From the NCBI GenBank assembly GCA_964652895.1, contig CAZZCH010000006.1, forward strand, positions 1 through 63,172: 63,172 nucleotides of DNA. Reading direction: 5' to 3'. The stretch's first letter is position 1. Each line of letters starts with the position of its first letter. Of this stretch, positions 13,456 through 21,565 are shown piece after piece. The stretch comes from an uncultured Eubacteriales bacterium. Lineage in GTDB: Bacteria; Acidobacteriota; Aminicenantia; Aminicenantales; Saccharicenantaceae. Below the pieces are notes generated by a model. That model was not told where the DNA came from and searched no databases. It worked only from the letters and a program-made list of their open reading frames with translations. The position numbers and the translations under genes are program-made.

Positions 13456-15603
13456 TTACTTATTGCCGGCAGCTTTCGGCAAAAAGTTCTCCATGACCCA
13501 GACATCAGCCTCGATACGCCAGGAGGTGAGCGCGAGTTTTCTGCCATCGGGATGAAAACTCAGTTTCCCAAAGGCGTCCATGGTCAAATCGAATTTCTCA
13601 GGCCTCCCGCCTTCCGCGGGAATCCGCCAGAGGCTGCAGGCGTCGCTCTTGCTGCTTCCCTCTTCCCACTTGGAATAATAGATGTACCGGCCATCGGGGG
13701 ACCAGACAAGGCCGTTTATGCCCTCTCCCTTATCGAGTTTCATAAGGGTTCTTTTCTCTCCGCCCCCCAACGGAATGGTCCTCAGGCAGGCAAATCCTTC
13801 CTCTCCATCTTTAAAGGCCAGCCACTTACCGTCAGGCGATTGACCATAATGGATCATTTGCTTCGAACTCCGGACGAGTTCTTTTTTCTGTTTCGTCTCG
13901 AGGTCGTAGCTCATGATCCGGAATGTGTCATTCTTCCAATCATCGAGGTCATAAAAGATCGTCCGACCGTCGCGGGAGAGAACCGGGCCATGGAAACCTC
14001 CCATATCGTCCAAAATCAATAGAGCCTCAGCTTGCCCCGTTGCAATATCCACACGGAACAATCCCAATCGATGTCCCTTAGCCACCCCACGCACAAGTAT
14101 GAATTTTCCATCGGGAAACCAAGCGACGGTGTCAAAATCCTTTATTGAGGGATGGACCTCCCGTTCCTCTCCGGAGACCATGGATTTGATGCATAAGACT
14201 CCTGGCTCTGATCGGCCTTGGCTTCGAACCGAGGTGTAAGCCATGTAATTCCCGTCCGGGGACCAGCAGGGACATGAATTGGACCCTTCGAAAAGGAGAG
14301 CGGCTTTTTCCGCTCGAGCCGCGGGGCCTCCTGTTGCGGGATCTAATGAAAGGATATAAATGTCATCCAGAGAAATACTAATCCCATAATAAAAAGAGCC
14401 ATCTCTCGTGAATCCCATCGGCATGATCTTGGGGTCGCCGAAATCCCTCCGAATGAGCCGGGGATCCCCGCCGGCATCTCCATTCTCGACAGGTTGGATC
14501 CAGGCGTCCCATGAGCCGGATCGGTCGCTCGAGAAGAGAATCGATTTGCCGTCGGGAGTCCATCCCAGCAAGCTGTCGTCCGCGGGATGAGCCACCACAG
14601 GCACTTCGCGGCTGCCGTCAACAGACAAGAGATAAATATCGCTCTTCTCGGAGGACGTTCTCCAGGGAACCTCATTAGGATAAGCGAAGGCGATCCATTG
14701 ACCGTCGGGTGATAGGCTGAGCTTGCCCGGCGCTCCGGATTTGAATTCCTTGATGGTCCGGGCCGTCCCGTCGGAGGCCGAGATCAAGGCTATCCGGCTG
14801 AGCTTTTCATTGTTCGTCACGATCGCCAAAATGTGTTTTCCATTAGGAATCCAGCCACAAGGCCAGATGTAATTAACATCTTTGCCGCCATAGAGTACTT
14901 TCTGTCCGGTTCCGTCTATGTTGATGGTGCGCAGATCATAACGGTCATCCTTCAAGTTGTACCAATTATAGGCGATGGATTTTCCGTCGGGCGAAAAACT
15001 CGATTCCTCAGCCCAATCGCCTGAAACCGCCCACGAGCCCTTTGCCGTGACCCGGCGCTTCGTTCCCGAGGCCGCCTCATAAAGGGCCAGATCTCCGGTG
15101 TTCCAATCGACACACGAAATCAAACTTCCGTCCGGAGAGGGACCGCCCAAGACCTCGAGCGGGCCAATCTTCCTGATCCGGAATTCACCTTCGCCCGGCT
15201 CAGTCGCTCCCCGGGTTTTCTGAAAGGCAACAAGCTTGTTTTTGGCCATATTGACCGAATCCGTTTGGTCTGGATAATCCTTGACGATCCTCTGGAACGT
15301 TGCTTGAGCCTGTTGGGCTTGTCTTTCTCCCAACCGCTCATAGCAAGTCCCCATGAGATACAAGGATCTTGCGGCGTATTCCCGCTCGTTTGGGTATTTC
15401 CTGATGATCTCCTCGAAGAGGTCGATGGCACCCTTGAGGTCGCCCGTCGTCTCCATGGTGAACTTGGCCTTCTCGAAGAGGACCTTGTGTTGGGAGGAGT
15501 TCTGTAGGGCGGAGGCCGCGCAGACGGCGGCCGACATCCCCATGACCAAGGCTAATAAGGCCAAGGATCTTGTTGACTTCCTCGAAAGTCTTTTGAGTCT
15601 CAT
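13456..15603 (-). CDS. TPR + PD40/TolB-like beta-propeller secreted protein (paralog B)
   Basis: 715 aa. SD GGAGG, signal peptide, TPR (AIDLFEEIIRKYPNEREYAARSLYLMGTCYERLG...FQRIVKDYPDQ), PD40 motifs, C-terminus DVWVMENFLPKAAGNK*. Confidence 0.93.
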   Translation of the reverse strand: MRLKRLSRKSTRSLALLALVMGMSAAVCAASALQNSSQHKVLFEKAKFTMETTGDLKGAIDLFEEIIRKYPNEREYAARSLYLMGTCYERLGERQAQQAQATFQRIVKDYPDQTDSVNMAKNKLVAFQKTRGATEPGEGEFRIRKIGPLEVLGGPSPDGSLISCVDWNTGDLALYEAASGTKRRVTAKGSWAVSGDWAEESSFSPDGKSIAYNWYNLKDDRYDLRTINIDGTGQKVLYGGKDVNYIWPCGWIPNGKHILAIVTNNEKLSRIALISASDGTARTIKEFKSGAPGKLSLSPDGQWIAFAYPNEVPWRTSSEKSDIYLLSVDGSREVPVVAHPADDSLLGWTPDGKSILFSSDRSGSWDAWIQPVENGDAGGDPRLIRRDFGDPKIMPMGFTRDGSFYYGISISLDDIYILSLDPATGGPAARAEKAALLFEGSNSCPCWSPDGNYMAYTSVRSQGRSEPGVLCIKSMVSGEEREVHPSIKDFDTVAWFPDGKFILVRGVAKGHRLGLFRVDIATGQAEALLILDDMGGFHGPVLSRDGRTIFYDLDDWKNDTFRIMSYDLETKQKKELVRSSKQMIHYGQSPDGKWLAFKDGEEGFACLRTIPLGGGEKRTLMKLDKGEGINGLVWSPDGRYIYYSKWEEGSSKSDACSLWRIPAEGGRPEKFDLTMDAFGKLSFHPDGRKLALTSWRIEADVWVMENFLPKAAGNK

Positions 15604-15667
15604 GATGCTACCTCCGTCGGGTGGATCTTTCGTTCATCCGGAATGTAGCTCTGTCCGCGTTCCCTGG

Positions 15668-15703
15668 TGTCAAATGAAAGTAAAAGAATGTCAAAGATTG
15701 TCA
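15668..15703 (-). promoter_or_regulatory. Three TGACA(A) direct repeats (spacing 10 and 21 nt) between the regulator B stop and the paralog B start
   Basis: The gene-strand sequence is TGACAatctTTGACAttcttttactttcatTTGACA. The helical-repeat spacing fits OmpR-type boxes and/or a -35 element. Confidence 0.3.
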
Positions 15704-16402
15704 TCAGTCCATGAACCGGTATCCTTCGCCGTAGATGGAGAAGATATGCCGAGGCCGGGAGGGATCCTCCTCGATCTTCTTTCTCAGTTTCAGGATGTGG
15801 TTATCGATCGTCCGGGTCGTAGGGAATTTTTCGTATCCCCAGATCTTGTCAAGAAGCGCCTCCCGGGAAACTACTTCGCCTTTGTGGGCGATGAGATATT
15901 TCAGGATATCGACTTCGAGAGACGTCAGGTCGGATTCCTTCCCGGCGTGCCTCACTTTGAAATGGACGAAATCGACCTCAACATCGCCGAACACACAGAT
16001 CTTGAGGATGCTCCGTGGTTCCCGCTTTTCGCGCCGCAAATGGGCCTTGATCCTGGCCAGGAGCTCCCGGACGCTGAACGGCTTGGTCATGTAGTCGTCG
16101 GCCCCGATCTCGAGCCCTACGACCTTGTCCACTTCTTCGCCCTTGGCCGTGAGCATGATGACGGGGACATTCGCTTTTTTCTGGCGGAGCTCCCGGCAGA
16201 CCTCCAGCCCGTTCATCCCGGGCAGCATGAGGTCGAGGATGACGATGTCGGGCGCCTCTTCCAGGGCCCGGCGCAGGCCTTCCCGCCCGTCGGCCGCCCA
16301 ATCCACCTCGTATCCCTCGTCGGCCAGGTTGAGCTTCAAGCCCTTGACCAGGTCGGCCTCGTCCTCGATGATCAATATTTTTTCTTTCGTTTTTTCGTTC
16401 AT
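15704..16402 (-). CDS. OmpR/PhoB-family response regulator (module B)
   Basis: 232 aa. REC (ILIIEDE...IVILDLMLPGMNG...GADDYMTKP) plus a winged helix (...IYGEGYRFMD). Overlaps kinase B by 4 nt. Confidence 0.95.
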   Translation of the reverse strand: MNEKTKEKILIIEDEADLVKGLKLNLADEGYEVDWAADGREGLRRALEEAPDIVILDLMLPGMNGLEVCRELRQKKANVPVIMLTAKGEEVDKVVGLEIGADDYMTKPFSVRELLARIKAHLRREKREPRSILKICVFGDVEVDFVHFKVRHAGKESDLTSLEVDILKYLIAHKGEVVSREALLDKIWGYEKFPTTRTIDNHILKLRKKIEEDPSRPRHIFSIYGEGYRFMD

Positions 16403-18552
16403 TTCAATTCGCCCGCTTCTGGACCTGAGATCGGCAAAATGACGGAGAAAACGCTGCCCTTTCCCGGTTCGCTCTCGACTTCGACCGTCCCACCGTGGGC
16501 CTCGGCGGTGTGTTTGACCAGGGTCAAGCCCAGGCCGCTCCCTGGCGTTTCGGAGACAACGCTGTTTTTCGCCCGGTAAAATCTCTTGAAGATCCCCGCG
16601 AGATCCTGGGGGGAGATACCGATCCCTTTATCCTCGACCTGAATGATGGCCAGGTCGTTCTTCCTGAACAGCCTCACGGTAACTTCTTTCCGATCGGGAG
16701 AAAACTTCATGGCATTGCTCAGGAGGTTGATGAGGGCGCTGGCCACGGCCTCGCCGTCGAAGTTCATCTCCGGCAGGTCCGGCGCAATGTCCTCGAGGAC
16801 TTGAAAGCCCTTTTTCTCGAGGTGATACCGGTAGGAATCGAGCGTTTCCTTGACGACCTGCGAAAGCGAGCCCTTGGTGAAGGTGAATTCCTTCCGCCCC
16901 ATGTCGATCCTGGAGAAATCGAGCACATTGTTGATGAGGTGCGAAAGGCGCTCGCTTTCCTTGGTGATGATCTCGTAGCTCTCGCGGCGCTCGTTCTCCG
17001 TGAGGTTCTCCTTACGCTGGAGGGTCTCCCCGTAGAGGCGGATGAGGGTCAGGGGTGTTTTCAGCTCGTGGGAGATGTTGTGGACGAATTCTGTCTTGAG
17101 GCGTGTCGTTTCCGCCTCGCGGGAGATGTCCCGGCCCAAGAGAAACGCTCCGAGCAGCATGAGGATGACGATGAACGCCAAGAGCGCCCCATAGAGGAAA
17201 TTCTCGCGGCGAGCCGTCCGCTCGAGCTCGTCGAGCGCGGGCTGGGTCACGAGGAGCTTCCAGGGAAGAGGAAATTGACGGTAAGAAAGGAGGAAGGAAT
17301 CCTTCGACCCCAGCTCTCCGGCGGCCGGCGACCCCGGGCGGTTCTCCTCGATGTTTTCGAGCTCAAGGCCGGTCTTTTTCGATATCTCCCCGAGGATTTC
17401 CGGAAGGAGTCCTTTTTTCAGGGACTCGAGGTCCCAGCAAAAGCCGCCGTAATACGTCCGGCCCTTGTCGAAATTCGGGAACGGAGAGTACGAGACGAGG
17501 CCGTAACCCTCGCTTCGATTTACCAGCAGGCGGTCGGGTTGAAGCTGAGGGCCGCCGCGGAACGATGAAACGCCCATTCTCTCCTTGATTTCCGGCACGA
17601 CGTCTTTGTTAAGGAATTCCGTGAATAGCAAAGCCTCGAGATAGGGAGAAGGGCGGTCCTTGATGGCTTGATAGGCCTTATCGATCTCGGTGACTCCGCC
17701 CGCTTGGAGACCGGTCTCGATCAGGGATTGGATTTCTGACGCGAAGAAATCATACTCGGGAAAGCTGACCGGCCAGTTCCCGTCTTTGAGGCCTTGATAG
17801 AGGTCGAGCAAGACCCGCAAGCCGGCTTCTACTTGTTGCCGGCGTTTTTCGATCTCATGGATTTGAAAGGCGGCCGTCAGGCCGAAAAAATGCCCCGCCC
17901 GGTCCTGGAGCCGGCCGTACTTATCGCCCAGTTCGCCGTAGACTTTAAAGGCCTCATTCAGGCTGCCGGCGGATATCAGGCAGCGACCCATCGCCTCCAG
18001 GGCCATCGCCTTCTCCCGGTCTAATGGAGCGTGGACGACTGATTCCCGATAGACCTGGGCGGCTCGGGCGAAGTCCTTCCGGGAAAACTCGTAGATTTCC
18101 CCCCTTCGGAAGGCCTTGGAAAATTCGCTTTCCGGGGCGATTTCCTCGCTGGATGAAATGGACGGCCTCTCGCTCCCTGTCCTGGGGAAGACGGTCTGAT
18201 ATTCACTGTCGAGTAGGAAAGGCGTGCCGGGTATATTCGCCGAGTAGCCCGCGCTGCCTTCATCCGGTTGGGTACCCGGGAGACCAGAGCTTTTCCGCCG
18301 GCTCAGACCGATAAAATTTTCGATCTGCAGCGCTTCCTTTTCACGCTCGATAAGCGCCGCCTCGACAGACCGCAGGGCGGATTCACCGGAGATCCAGAGG
18401 TTCGACTCGAGGATCCTTTTGACGGCTTCCCGCCGCTTGGCGAAGGCGCCGAGGCTCATGTACCCGACGACGAGCGCGGGAAGGAGGATGGCCAGGAAAA
18501 AAATGAGGACGATTTTCTTCCTGGCAAGTATCCCCTCGGCAAAAAGCTTCAT
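16399..18552 (-). CDS. Sensor histidine kinase with a large TPR-like extracytoplasmic domain (module B)
   Basis: 717 aa. Same architecture as kinase A: TM, about 400 aa periplasmic region (FARAAQVYRESV..., NEAFKVYGELGDKYG), TM, H-box FVHNISHELKTPL, G-box GSGLGLTLVKHTAEAHGG. Confidence 0.95.
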   Translation of the reverse strand: MKLFAEGILARKKIVLIFFLAILLPALVVGYMSLGAFAKRREAVKRILESNLWISGESALRSVEAALIEREKEALQIENFIGLSRRKSSGLPGTQPDEGSAGYSANIPGTPFLLDSEYQTVFPRTGSERPSISSSEEIAPESEFSKAFRRGEIYEFSRKDFARAAQVYRESVVHAPLDREKAMALEAMGRCLISAGSLNEAFKVYGELGDKYGRLQDRAGHFFGLTAAFQIHEIEKRRQQVEAGLRVLLDLYQGLKDGNWPVSFPEYDFFASEIQSLIETGLQAGGVTEIDKAYQAIKDRPSPYLEALLFTEFLNKDVVPEIKERMGVSSFRGGPQLQPDRLLVNRSEGYGLVSYSPFPNFDKGRTYYGGFCWDLESLKKGLLPEILGEISKKTGLELENIEENRPGSPAAGELGSKDSFLLSYRQFPLPWKLLVTQPALDELERTARRENFLYGALLAFIVILMLLGAFLLGRDISREAETTRLKTEFVHNISHELKTPLTLIRLYGETLQRKENLTENERRESYEIITKESERLSHLINNVLDFSRIDMGRKEFTFTKGSLSQVVKETLDSYRYHLEKKGFQVLEDIAPDLPEMNFDGEAVASALINLLSNAMKFSPDRKEVTVRLFRKNDLAIIQVEDKGIGISPQDLAGIFKRFYRAKNSVVSETPGSGLGLTLVKHTAEAHGGTVEVESEPGKGSVFSVILPISGPEAGELK

Positions 18553-18644
18553 TGCTGACCCCGCGATCGAGGCTCGATACGGGTGATTTCATTTTCATTG
18601 TAACAAATCGCTTTGTCGAATTGTCAAAGAATTGTAAAAATCGC

Positions 18645-20777
18645 CTATTTCTTAGTCTTATCCACGGGCAGGAAGTTCTCCATGACCCAGACTTGGGATT
18701 GTTCGGGATTCGCGCCCATGGATGAAAAGGCGAAATGCTGTCCGTCTGGATGGACGCTCATATAGCGGAATCGAGCCATCGACAGGTCGATCTTTTGGGC
18801 TTCTCCTCCGTCCGCGGAGAGACGATAGAGATCACACATATCTTCGGTGGATTTCTGCAGCTTGGAGAAATAGATAAAGCGTCCATCGGCGCTCCAGGTC
18901 GGCGTTATAACGGGACCGCCTTCTTGTTCGAAGCTGTATATTTCTCGAAGATCTCCGCCCGACGTCGGCATGATTCTTATCACGATTTTGTTTCCTCTGT
19001 TGGTGAGGGCCAGCCATTTCCCGTCCGGGGAGATATCGAAGAACTGCGCATCAGAAGGGGAACCGGAAATCCGCTCTTCCTGGCCGGATTCAAAAATATG
19101 GACGAAAATAGAGCCTGTTTTTCCGGCCCGATCGCCGGTCGAATAGAACATGACTTTCCCGTCCGTGGACCACAGGTGTGAGTATATCTCCGTTCCTTTA
19201 TCGATCAGCACGATCGGGGCAATGTCGCCTGTTTGGACATCGACCCTGTAGATACCCTTACGGCCATCCTTGCCGGTTCCTTCAACAGAAACGGCGCGGC
19301 CATCGGGCGCCCAGCGGGGATATCCAAACCCATCTAGATCAGGCTTTAACTCACGAACTCGGCCTGTTTCCAGAGATAGAATACGCAGGATCTGCTTAGG
19401 CTGAATTGCCGGGATGCTCGGAGTGTAGATATACACAAGGAACTTCCCGTCAGGAGAGTACTCAGGGAACGCGTTGTGCCCCTCATAAAGCAAAACTGCC
19501 TTTTTTGCGGGGCTAGAGATCTTTCCCGTACGGGGCTCTATTCCGACCTCGTACACATCAGTGCCGCCGCCTTGAAGCCCGTAAAATAATGCTCCCGTCG
19601 AGGTGATTCCCATCGGCCAGACAGAACCCACGGCGGACTTGACCAATTGGGGGCTTCCGAGAAGGTTGCCTTCGCTGATACGCATGAACCACACGTCCTG
19701 TGTCCCTGTCCGGTTGCTAAGGAACAGAAGGCCCTCGCCGCCCGGCGTCCAGTCGATGACCGTATCGACGGCGGGATGGTTGATCAAGGGAGTCTCTATT
19801 CTTCCATCGGCCGACAGCAAGAAAATATCCCGTTTATCATCCAGCCCGTCTCCCACCCAGGCGTCATAGGCGACATATCTTCCGTTCGGAGAGAACACGA
19901 ACCCCCAGGCTTTGCGGTTTATCGAATGTTGTCCTAAAAAGGTTTTCAGGACCTTTTCTGAACCATCGACAACGGATATCAAGCCTAGTTGGGTTATCTC
20001 TTCGACGGCCGAGTTCTCCACCCTAAAGAAACCTGCCAAAACGGATTTTCCGTCGGGAGACCAGTCAAACGGGTGGACATACTCCATTTTTTCGAGAGTT
20101 CGATAGAGGACACGCGGAGTCGCCTCTTTGATATCGATGATGCGCAACTCAAAGATCTCATCCTTGTTGTACCATTGATAGACGATCCGCCGGCTGTCGG
20201 GGGACCATTTCGAAAACAGGGCAAATTCCGGGGACTGCATCCATGAGCCCTTGTTCGTCAGACGGCGGTTTGTCCCTTCGGCGATGTCCCTGATCGCCAA
20301 GTCGCCCGTCTCCCAATCCACAAAAGAGAGATATCGGCCGTCCGGAGAGACGCTCCCCATGGTGTCCGTTCCGGGACCCGACCAAATCTGGCGGAGGCTG
20401 AATTCGGCGGTGCCCGTCTTCATGAGAGCGCGGGACTTAATGAGGAGGGAGAGTTTTGATTGGGCTTCCCTGACTGGCCCCGACTGCTCCGGGTAATTGT
20501 CGATTACTTGCTGAAAGGCCTTTTCCGCTTCTTTTGTGCCCAGTTTCTCGTAACAAAGTCCGATATGGAGCTGGGCCATTGCGGCGATTTGGCGGTTCTC
20601 CGGAAACCGCTTGACGAGGTCCTGGTAGATCCCTATGGCCTTCTGCAGGTCTCCGCCTACTTCTTCTTCATAAAGGCCGGACTTGTAGAGCTGTTGGGCG
20701 GTCTGTTGGCCGGCGCCCGAAAGGGCCAAGGCCAAGATCGCGGCCATTAGGGCAGACAAGATCAATTTTGGTTTCAT
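18645..20777 (-). CDS. TPR + PD40/TolB-like beta-propeller secreted protein (paralog C)
   Basis: Trimmed to ATG 20775-20777 (MKPKLILSALMAAILALALSG...), preceded by GAGGAGG. 710 aa. TPR (AIGIYQDLVKRFPENRQIAAMAQLHIGLCYEKLG...FQQVIDNYPEQ), PD40 motifs, C-terminus QVWVMENFLPVDKTKK*. Confidence 0.92.
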   Translation of the reverse strand: MKPKLILSALMAAILALALSGAGQQTAQQLYKSGLYEEEVGGDLQKAIGIYQDLVKRFPENRQIAAMAQLHIGLCYEKLGTKEAEKAFQQVIDNYPEQSGPVREAQSKLSLLIKSRALMKTGTAEFSLRQIWSGPGTDTMGSVSPDGRYLSFVDWETGDLAIRDIAEGTNRRLTNKGSWMQSPEFALFSKWSPDSRRIVYQWYNKDEIFELRIIDIKEATPRVLYRTLEKMEYVHPFDWSPDGKSVLAGFFRVENSAVEEITQLGLISVVDGSEKVLKTFLGQHSINRKAWGFVFSPNGRYVAYDAWVGDGLDDKRDIFLLSADGRIETPLINHPAVDTVIDWTPGGEGLLFLSNRTGTQDVWFMRISEGNLLGSPQLVKSAVGSVWPMGITSTGALFYGLQGGGTDVYEVGIEPRTGKISSPAKKAVLLYEGHNAFPEYSPDGKFLVYIYTPSIPAIQPKQILRILSLETGRVRELKPDLDGFGYPRWAPDGRAVSVEGTGKDGRKGIYRVDVQTGDIAPIVLIDKGTEIYSHLWSTDGKVMFYSTGDRAGKTGSIFVHIFESGQEERISGSPSDAQFFDISPDGKWLALTNRGNKIVIRIMPTSGGDLREIYSFEQEGGPVITPTWSADGRFIYFSKLQKSTEDMCDLYRLSADGGEAQKIDLSMARFRYMSVHPDGQHFAFSSMGANPEQSQVWVMENFLPVDKTKK

Positions 20778-20788
20778 GATTCGAGCCT

Positions 20789-20811
20789 CCTCATGGTTTA
20801 TCTCCATGAGG
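20789..20811 (-). promoter_or_regulatory. Hairpin (8-bp stem, 7-nt loop) whose 3' arm overlaps the Shine-Dalgarno of paralog C
   Basis: The gene-strand sequence is CCTCATGG-agataaa-CCATGAGGAGG-ctcgaatc-ATG. Confidence 0.35.
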
Positions 20812-20857
20812 AATGATAGGCCTGCGCCCAGTCGCGCGCTTGATGCTATCGCGACCC

Positions 20858-20877
20858 TTCCATGAAGATTCCATGAA
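20858..20877 (-). promoter_or_regulatory. Direct repeat TTCATGGAA-N2-TTCATGGAA (11-bp register): candidate OmpR-type regulator box upstream of paralog C
   Basis: Two exact 9-mers spaced 11 bp apart, 7 nt after the regulator C stop and about 80-100 nt upstream of the paralog C ATG. A weak -10 (TATCAT) with no -35 lies downstream. Confidence 0.35.
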
Positions 20878-20883
20878 TATCGG

Positions 20884-21564
20884 TTACCCCGTGAACTTGT
20901 ATCCGACACCCCTCACGCCCAAGATGTATTTTGGGGCCTGCGGATCGTCCTCAAATTTTTTTCTTAGAAGCGAGATGTGCTTGTCGACGGTCCGGGCATC
21001 GACATAGACGTCCTTGCCCCAGACGCTGTCCAGGACTTCATTCCGATGGACCACGCGCCCCTTGTTTTGGACGAGGAAATGGAGCAGGCTGAACTCGAGA
21101 GCGGTCAGGGGGACCGGCCGGCCCTTTTTACGAGCCTCGTACTTTGAGAAATCGATCTCGATCGCGTCGAAGCGGTAAAAATCGATGCCCTGGTCATGCT
21201 CGCTCATCCTTCGGAGAATGGCCTTGATACGGGCCAGAAGCTCCCGGGAGCTGAACGGCTTGGTGACATAGTCGTCGGCCCCAAGCTCGAGGCCGAGGAC
21301 CTTGTCGACCTCCTGGCTCTTGGCGGTCAACATCAGGATCGGCGTCATCACCCGGTCCTGACGCAGCCGCTTGCAGACCTCGAAACCGTCCAACTTCGGC
21401 AGCATGATGTCGAGGACGATGAGGTCGAAGGGATGCTCAGCGGCCATGGACAGGCCTTCGAGGCCGTCTCTCGCGCACGAGACCTCGTACCCTTCGAGCC
21501 GGAGGTTATCCTCGAGCGGCATAAGGATGCTTTCTTCGTCTTCGACGATCAGGATCTTGGTCAT
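20884..21564 (-). CDS. OmpR/PhoB-family response regulator (module C)
   Basis: Trimmed to ATG 21562-21564 (MTKILIVEDEES...), 226 aa. REC plus winged helix (...VRGVGYKFTG). Starts 1 nt after the kinase C stop. Confidence 0.93.
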   Translation of the reverse strand: MTKILIVEDEESILMPLEDNLRLEGYEVSCARDGLEGLSMAAEHPFDLIVLDIMLPKLDGFEVCKRLRQDRVMTPILMLTAKSQEVDKVLGLELGADDYVTKPFSSRELLARIKAILRRMSEHDQGIDFYRFDAIEIDFSKYEARKKGRPVPLTALEFSLLHFLVQNKGRVVHRNEVLDSVWGKDVYVDARTVDKHISLLRKKFEDDPQAPKYILGVRGVGYKFTG

Positions 21565-21565
21565 C

